Assembly (NCBI GenBank): GCA_009859145.1
Contig: VRVR01000031.1
Location: 266,724 to 275,520 of the forward strand
DNA length: 8,797 nucleotides
Direction of reading: 5' to 3'
From: Andalucia godoyi And28
Taxonomy: Eukaryota; Protista; Jakobida
Shown: positions 1 to 5,210 of the stretch, piece by piece
Layout of the letters: every line of letters begins with the position of its first letter
Position numbering within the stretch: the stretch's first letter is position 1
The notes under the pieces: model-generated
What the model saw: the letters and a program-made list of their open reading frames with translations, nothing else
Told to the model about the DNA's origin: nothing
Database searches by the model: none
Translations under genes and position numbers: made by a program

Positions 1-122
1 AACACATCTTTGCAAGTCGATCGATGATATCCTGCGAGACACGCTTCTGCAGGTGAAAGACAAGTGTTTGTAAGGTTCTCCATTTCCTTGGATGCTGAGC
101 TCAAGAGCAAGGGTTAGACACG

Positions 123-2102
123 ATGCAAGCACCAAAGCTTGTTCTCCAGCGGTGGGGGCTATATCAGATAGGAAGAACGAGATGTGATTTAAAAGTCTTT
201 CTTATTTCCCTGCAATCTTCCGCAGTTTCACGTCAGTTCCTGCGATCACGGAAGCTGCTCGCAGCCCGCATGGAGCCGCCTCCACAAAGGGCCGTGCAGT
301 ACTACAAAATCCCACAGGATGCTGTGCGGGCTTCTCCGGCACTGCAGAAACTAGACGACCTGATTGGCGTGTGTTCCGTCAAGAGGAAGCTTGTGCAGCT
401 TTTCCACTCCATCGAAATGTCGAAGCACACGGGTCTGACCGTCGATCAGAATCTGCACTCGCTGTTCGTCGGCAATCCTGGAACAGGCAAGACGACCGTC
501 GCTCGCGTGTTTGCGATGGCCCTGCGAGAAATCGGGGTGCTTCAGAGCAGTCTCATTGTTGAGAAGAGTGCTGTTGGCTACACAACCTACGAGGGCCAAA
601 AAAACTTTGACACGGATATCCAAAAGTTGCTGGATGCAAAGGGCGGCGTGCTCTTTCATCGATGACGCGTACATGCTGCAGCCGAAGACGAGCTACAACG
701 GCACGCAAATTGCGAACAAGCTGCTCGTCATCGCGGAAAGCCACCGCAGTACCATTTGCATCATTCTGGCTGGGTACGAAAAGGAGATTGACGACGAGCT
801 GCTGTCCTTTACTGCGGGTTTCTCACGCCGGTTCCCGCATCGCTTTCATTTCGAAGACTATGGACACGACGAGCTGGTGCGGATTCTAGAGCACCAGGCT
901 GCGGATCCGCAACGCACGCTCGTATTCGAGAATGAGAATGTGAAGCACGTGGTGGCTCGTCGGCTTGCTCGGCGACGGGGACAGCGCGGGTTCGGGAACG
1001 CTGGAGATGTTCGCAGTCTCATCGAGCTGTCGGTGCAAACTTTGACATACCTCGGGATGTCGCCGAGATGTGCATCAAGCACCTGGCTGGCCTTCGGTGC
1101 ATGCCCAACTTTGGGAACGCAGGAGCGGTGAAGTCCCTCGTCGCCAACGGCATTCAGAGGTATAACGATCGAACTGCAGGCGGCGGCTCGGGATCGCGCG
1201 TGCTGACGGCAGCCGATCTCGGGGTCGATGCAGCCGCACGCCAGGAGAGGATGGATTCGTTGCTGCGCAACTTTGTCGGGTCGCCGGGAATCCTGGAGAA
1301 GCTGCAGGATCTGGAGTATCGGGCACGGGAAGCGCGGCTGTTCGATCGCGATCCCCGCGACTTGATATCCCACTACAAGTTCGTTGGGAAGCCGGGCACC
1401 GGAAAGACGACGATTGCGCGTGCCATGGCATCGATTTTGCATTCTCTCGGCGTCCTGCCGTCCGACAAGTGTGTCGAGACGTCCGCATCGAGGCTGCAGA
1501 CCGAATACGTTGGACAGGCAGGGAGGCAAACGAGGGAAATGCTCCGCAGTGCGCTCGGAGGAGTTCTCTTTGTGGATGAAGCGTACGCGCTCATTCCACG
1601 ACCAGGCACATTCAACCAGGAGATCGTCGACCAGATCGTGCAGTGTCTCACCGACACCGAGTTTGTCGGGAAGATCGTGGTCATCTTTGCAGGATACGAA
1701 GCCGATGTCGAAGAGCTGATGCGCTCCAACGACGGGCTGTACCGGCGATTCAAAGAGACTTGGATATTCGAGGACTGGAGCCCCGATACGGCCACGACAG
1801 CGGCGCTCTCTGTCCTGAGAACAAGCACCAGGTGGAGTCATCTGCAGTTCCGCGATGCCGAGCGCTCGCTGCTTGCTGCATTCGAAGCGCCGTGCCGTGC
1901 ACCGAAGTGGGCCAACGGTGGCGACATCGAGACTCTATTGTCCAAATGCGACGAAAAACGAAGTGCACGCGGCAGACGAACTGCGACGATCTCGAATGTT
2001 GTATCTGTTGAAGATGTTGCAGCAGCTGCAGCGAACAAGCTAACAAGCGCAAGAGAAGAACAAGCACACACACGCTTCATTCGCAATCACGCGTTGGGTT
2101 AG
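123..2102 (+). pseudogene. Disrupted tandem AAA+ ATPase of the CbbX/SpoVK (eukaryotic triple-AAA) type; 5' start uncertain
   Basis: Three ORFs join into one protein. Module 1 has Walker A GNPGTGKTT (from 471), and Walker B GGVLFIDDAY is restored by removing one T at 654-656, followed by LAGY, SRRF, FEDY and RGFGNAGDV. At ~1038 the sequence jumps to a second lid motif (NFDIPRDVAEMCIKHLAGLRCMPNFGNAGAV). A complete module follows: GKPGTGKTT (from 1386), GGVLFVDEAY, FAGYE, YRRF, WANGGD. The stop TAG (2100-2102) lies inside the telomere-like repeat. Confidence 0.85.
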
Positions 2103-2138
2103 GGTTTTAGGGTTTTGGGTTAGGGGTTAGGGTTAGGG
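2094..2138 (+). repeat. Degenerate interstitial telomere-like repeat, 7 units
   Basis: Reads TTGGG TTAGGG TTTTAGGG TTTTGGG TTAGGGG TTAGGG TTAGGG. Three units are perfect TTAGGG, and the seven runs of 3 or more G match the G-quadruplex pattern. Confidence 0.9.
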
Positions 2139-2151
2139 TGTACTTAGCTAT

Positions 2152-2177
2152 AGGGGCCGGACCCTCCCCTTAACCCT
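2152..2177. repeat. Inverted C-rich telomere-like tract with a small hairpin
   Basis: AGGGG (2152-2156) can pair with CCCCT (2166-2170). ACCCT CCCCT TAACCCT (2161-2177) reads AGGGTTA AGGGG AGGGT on the minus strand. Confidence 0.55.
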
Positions 2178-2280
2178 GAACGCAATTCGAAATCCGCACT
2201 ACTGTAAGCATATGACTGCAGTATGCGTTTCATGACTTGTTCCTAGCTTATTTGACGTATGCCACTGCTTGCAGGTGCTG

Positions 2281-2487
2281 TTTCACGTACACCACCAAGC
2301 AGAGAGTGACCAGAAATGTGATTCAGATTTTTATAATAAACCTTCGTGGATATCAAATGTGATTTTATCACTTTACTATGTATCTCTATTAGTACGGGCT
2401 TTTGGTCGAAGTCATATAAAATCATGACATTCTATATAATAAGAACATGACAAAACACACTGAGGTACATTGCTTATATACTCAGTG
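2281..2487. other. AT-rich island with a repeated decamer and hairpins
   Basis: Hand count gives 59/180 GC (33%) at 2281-2460, versus 35/60 at 1261-1320 and 30/60 at 6301-6360. AAATGTGATT occurs at 2314-2323 and 2355-2364. Inverted repeats are GTGAT-TTT-ATCAC (2359-2371) and CACTGAG-N16-CTCAGTG (2458-2487). A TATATAA lies at 2433-2439. Confidence 0.6.
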
Positions 2488-3145
2488 ACGTGCAAGCAGC
2501 GAGGAGTTGCGTCATCGCGGCCGTACATTATCTCTCCCGCAGCATATCTCTCGGGACCGCATGTCGATCACCACCACTCTGCAGTGCTTGGCCAGAGTTC
2601 CTTTATTTGTCCTTCTCAACTACAGCTGGCGGACGTTGAACTGCATCCCTACACGAAATCATGTGTGTTTCGAAATGTCGTTCTGAGCGATGACGGCAGC
2701 TTTGCCATTCTGCACGAACCAGCACGAGCGCTTCCATCTCCGGCGTTTTGGATGCCGTCGCGACACATTGGCGGCTATGATACGGACGGACCTGTATTCA
2801 AATATCGTTCGATCGAAACAGCGAGTGTGTGCAATGCACGCATTCAAACGCCTGTAATGATGATCGACCACACGCATTTCGTGAGCTGGGGCCACGCACA
2901 CAACGAGGTTCTTCTGCAGGCTCTGACAGCCTTATGGATCGGCGCAGATCAATGGACTGTACGACGACCATCATGCGCTCGTGCTTGTTATTTACCCGCC
3001 GTACTGCATCTACGATGACTTTCCCGGCAACGTCGCAGCGCAAATGCATCAAAAACAGTGGAAAGTAATGGCAACTCCAACAGATGACGAAGAAGAAATC
3101 ATTGAGGCCATTCTGCTCGAAATGCTCGCAATCGACGCGAATTGA
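2470..3145 (+). pseudogene. Fragment of a probable GT61/DUF563-like glycosyltransferase
   Basis: SCVFRNVVL (from 2659) and SWGHAHNEVLLQAL (from 2884) resemble the N-terminal C-x-F-R-N and N/W-x-x-H-x-x-x-D/E motifs of GT61 enzymes (EOGT/POMGNT2-like). Removing one G at 2941-2942 gives LWIAQINGLYDDHHALVLVIYPPYC...EMLAIDAN to TGA at 3143-3145. There is no ATG, signal anchor or C-terminal HGAG motif. Confidence 0.5.
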
Positions 3146-3198
3146 CATTTGAGAATGTATGATATCGTCTGTCGTACGCGCTTCCCACTCTCGCATGA

Positions 3199-3623
3199 GT
3201 CATTGATGCAAAAATTGCGTTCTTGTCCATCTTGTTTACTGTGGGATATCAGTTTCTCATCCGGAAGGCTTCGTCATCGTTGAAAGTCAGCGGACTGAAC
3301 TTGTGTACCATGCTCTTCCGTACTCTACCGCAATTCTGCTGGTATTATGTCCGTTTGCAGACCCACTGCTCTCTTCGCAGGTCAGTTGGACTCCAACGCT
3401 GGTTACACAGATTCTCACAACGTGCTTCTTGTCGATTGTTCTCAACTGGTCGCTGTTTGCACTCCTCGGCTCCGTCTCACCGGTGACGTTCAATGTCATG
3501 GGACATGCAAAGACCGTTGCTGTGCTGCTTTTGGCATTCCTGTACTTTGGCGAAGCTTGCTCAACGCAAAAACTCTGCGGATTGGTCGTCGCTGTTGTTG
3601 GAATGATTGTATTTTCAAGATGA
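3199..3623 (+). pseudogene. C-terminal part of a nucleotide-sugar transporter (SLC35E/TPT family, UXT/URGT-like)
   Basis: IAFLSILFTVGYQFLIRKASSSLKVSGLNL is followed by a 1-nt loss at ~3303-3305 and then (L/V)YHALPYSTAILL...SCFL-like TCFLSIVLNWS...SPVTFNVMGHAKTVAVLL...GLVVAVVGMIVFS*. This matches the family pattern SCxxAxxVNxS...SPVTYQVLGHLKT. An in-frame TGA sits at 3196-3198 and the N-terminal half is not recognisable. Confidence 0.85.
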
Positions 3624-3859
3624 GGAGCAGCAGCTCTTCTGCATGCGTTCATGTTGTTTTAACCCTCTCTCTCCAACTTCCATCCGTTTCTATTTTCGTA
3701 CTATAGAAGCTGTTAATAGACAGGTGTTTTTCTTCTTTCCCCCTAATCATGAAACCCAAATGTTGGGGCAGCGACATGCTTGGCTCAATCCTTCATCGAA
3801 GCAGCGTAAAGTTGGCACAACCTGCTCATCAAGACCTCCTTAATGAAGATTCGAGGAAT

Positions 3860-3887
3860 CCCGAATAGGCCTCCCGAATAGGCCTCC
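3860..3887 (+). repeat. Perfect 13-bp tandem direct repeat
   Basis: CCCGAATAGGCCT occurs twice (3860-3872 and 3873-3885) plus CC, 3 nt from the DUF707 stop codon. Confidence 0.9.
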
Positions 3888-3890
3888 TGT

Positions 3891-4913
3891 CTAGGGTTGT
3901 TGCGAGTTGACACATCGGTCGGACGGCTCGATGGGGCGAACTTCTTTGGGAACAGTCATTTTGATACCGGTGCGCCGTTCGACCAGTCCCATTTCATACA
4001 TTGCTCGTTCAACGAACTGGGTGTCGCTGGACATTGTCTTGAACGATATGTGATAGACAGGCATACTGCTGAGCACTGCAACTCGGGCAGAGTAGCCGGA
4101 AGCAGCAGCCAGGTAGTGGAATCCAAGGTCATAGCCGTATCCGCTCCCGAGATCAAACTGCATCATCGGGTACACATACTTTTCGTAGAACGGCACGAGA
4201 ACACAGGCGCCATTACTTCGACGAAATTCGTGAACAGGGCCAAGCGTAGTCTCTGGCTTGTATCCTATCACTGGTCGCCAGCCGTTTCCGTCGACTGCCG
4301 GTTGAGCAGCATCGATGCAAAACTCCGTCATCCAGGCGACAAACTTTGGGGCGTCAAAGTCTCTCCCATCAAGGTCCTCATCGAACAGAAAGACGAAGCG
4401 GTAGTTCTAGAGCACAAAAGGATGGACAAATCGCTTGATGAACCACCATTTCGGTTGGTGCAGCGATCGAATGATCGTTGCTCGACTTGCAAATTCACTC
4501 CAATCGCTATCATCCCACACGAAAAGAAGCACATCGTAGTTCTTCGCGGGAAACTTTGTCAGCATGATCCGTACGAGATCTTTGGACCGATGCCCAACTG
4601 GAATCGCCAGCAAACCATCCATTTGTGGAAGCGGGACACCGCGCGGACCTTGAAGTCTCTGCAATCGATGGTAGTTGCCCTTTTCGCCTTCTTCGAAGAG
4701 TGGTGCACACCATGATGAAGAAAAAGACGATGACGACGAAGGATGATCGTGGCCATGTATAGATTCTTCTGCAACTCTACGTCTCAATGACAGCGGATCC
4801 AAAGCTTGTGACGATGGCTGACTTGCGTGCCGGAATGACAACACACAAACCAGGGCCACAATCGCCAGGCCAAACAGGAAGAAATTGGGGGACCGTGGGG
4901 ATGTCCAGCGCAT
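3891..4913 (-). pseudogene. DUF707-family type II membrane protein (predicted GT-A glycosyltransferase-like) with one in-frame TAG
   Basis: ORFs 4407..4952 and 3891..4331 share one frame. ATG is at 4913, followed by the anchor FFLFGLAIVALVCVLSF. Family motifs are LLAIPVG, LLFVWD, QPKWWFIKRFVHP, then TAG (4407-4409), then NYRFVFLFDEDL (DxD), AQPAV and GYGYD. These correspond to plant DUF707 LLAMPVG / QTKWWFAKRFLHP / IFLWDEDL / SQPAL / GWGLD. Confidence 0.85.
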
Positions 4914-5210
4914 TGCAAACGATTCTATCCTCGTCTTTTTTTCGATTTTCAATTTTTTTGTTTAGGTTTGGTTGGTTGTTGTTTCCCCTTTTCTCAAAAT
5001 GATGATCGTTGTGGCGTCTTTTGGGTGTTTTTGAACGAGTGAACTTGAGGCCGAGGGATGGGGAAAACCATGGGATGGATGGCGGATTCTGGCATCACTT
5101 GATGCAATTGTGTCCGTTTTCACCTCTTGTGAATTTTGTGACAAAAGAAGCCTGGTGTGAAATCTGAGGAAGTTTCTTGTTTTATTAACAATGAGCGAGA
5201 GGGCGTGGAG
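4914..5210. promoter_or_regulatory. Divergent intergenic region (putative bidirectional promoter)
   Basis: 297 bp between the head-to-head ATGs at 4913 (-) and 5211 (+). It contains T-rich tracts and the interrupted palindrome TTTTGT-G-ACAAAA (5134-5146). Confidence 0.4.

Noticed and set aside
110-117. Isolated AGGGTTAG here and TAGGGTT at 3892-3898 as further telomeric seeds
   Set aside because: Single short matches are expected by chance.
184-225. Possible 42-nt in-frame intron (GTGATT...pyrimidine tract...GCAG)
   Set aside because: The acceptor looks plausible but the donor is weak and the frame is open either way. It cannot be supported without transcripts.
858-1841. 327-aa minus-strand ORF
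   Set aside because: Antisense shadow of the AAA+ coding region with no recognisable motifs.
123-2102. CbbX red-type Rubisco activase or sporulation protein SpoVK
   Set aside because: Those are single-module proteins in rbcLS or sporulation contexts. This gene has tandem modules and no such neighbours, so only the family is shared.
2094-2138. True chromosome end
   Set aside because: Only 45 bp, degenerate, with unique sequence on both sides. A chimeric join remains possible.
2161-2180. Telomerase RNA template (TAACCCT)
   Set aside because: No recognisable promoter, terminator or pseudoknot context, and it sits beside a repeat array. An inverted degenerate repeat explains it more simply.
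2355-2373. Bacterial CRP-like site (TGTGA...TCAC)
   Set aside because: The spacer is 5 nt rather than 6 and the context is eukaryotic.
2243-2425. Tyrosine recombinase (Crypton/DIRS-like) gene
   Set aside because: SGHSLLGG lacks the catalytic Arg, there is no GRW motif, and the ORF is too short. Kept only as a low-interest finding.
3897-4715. 272-aa plus-strand ORF
   Set aside because: Antisense shadow of the DUF707 gene.
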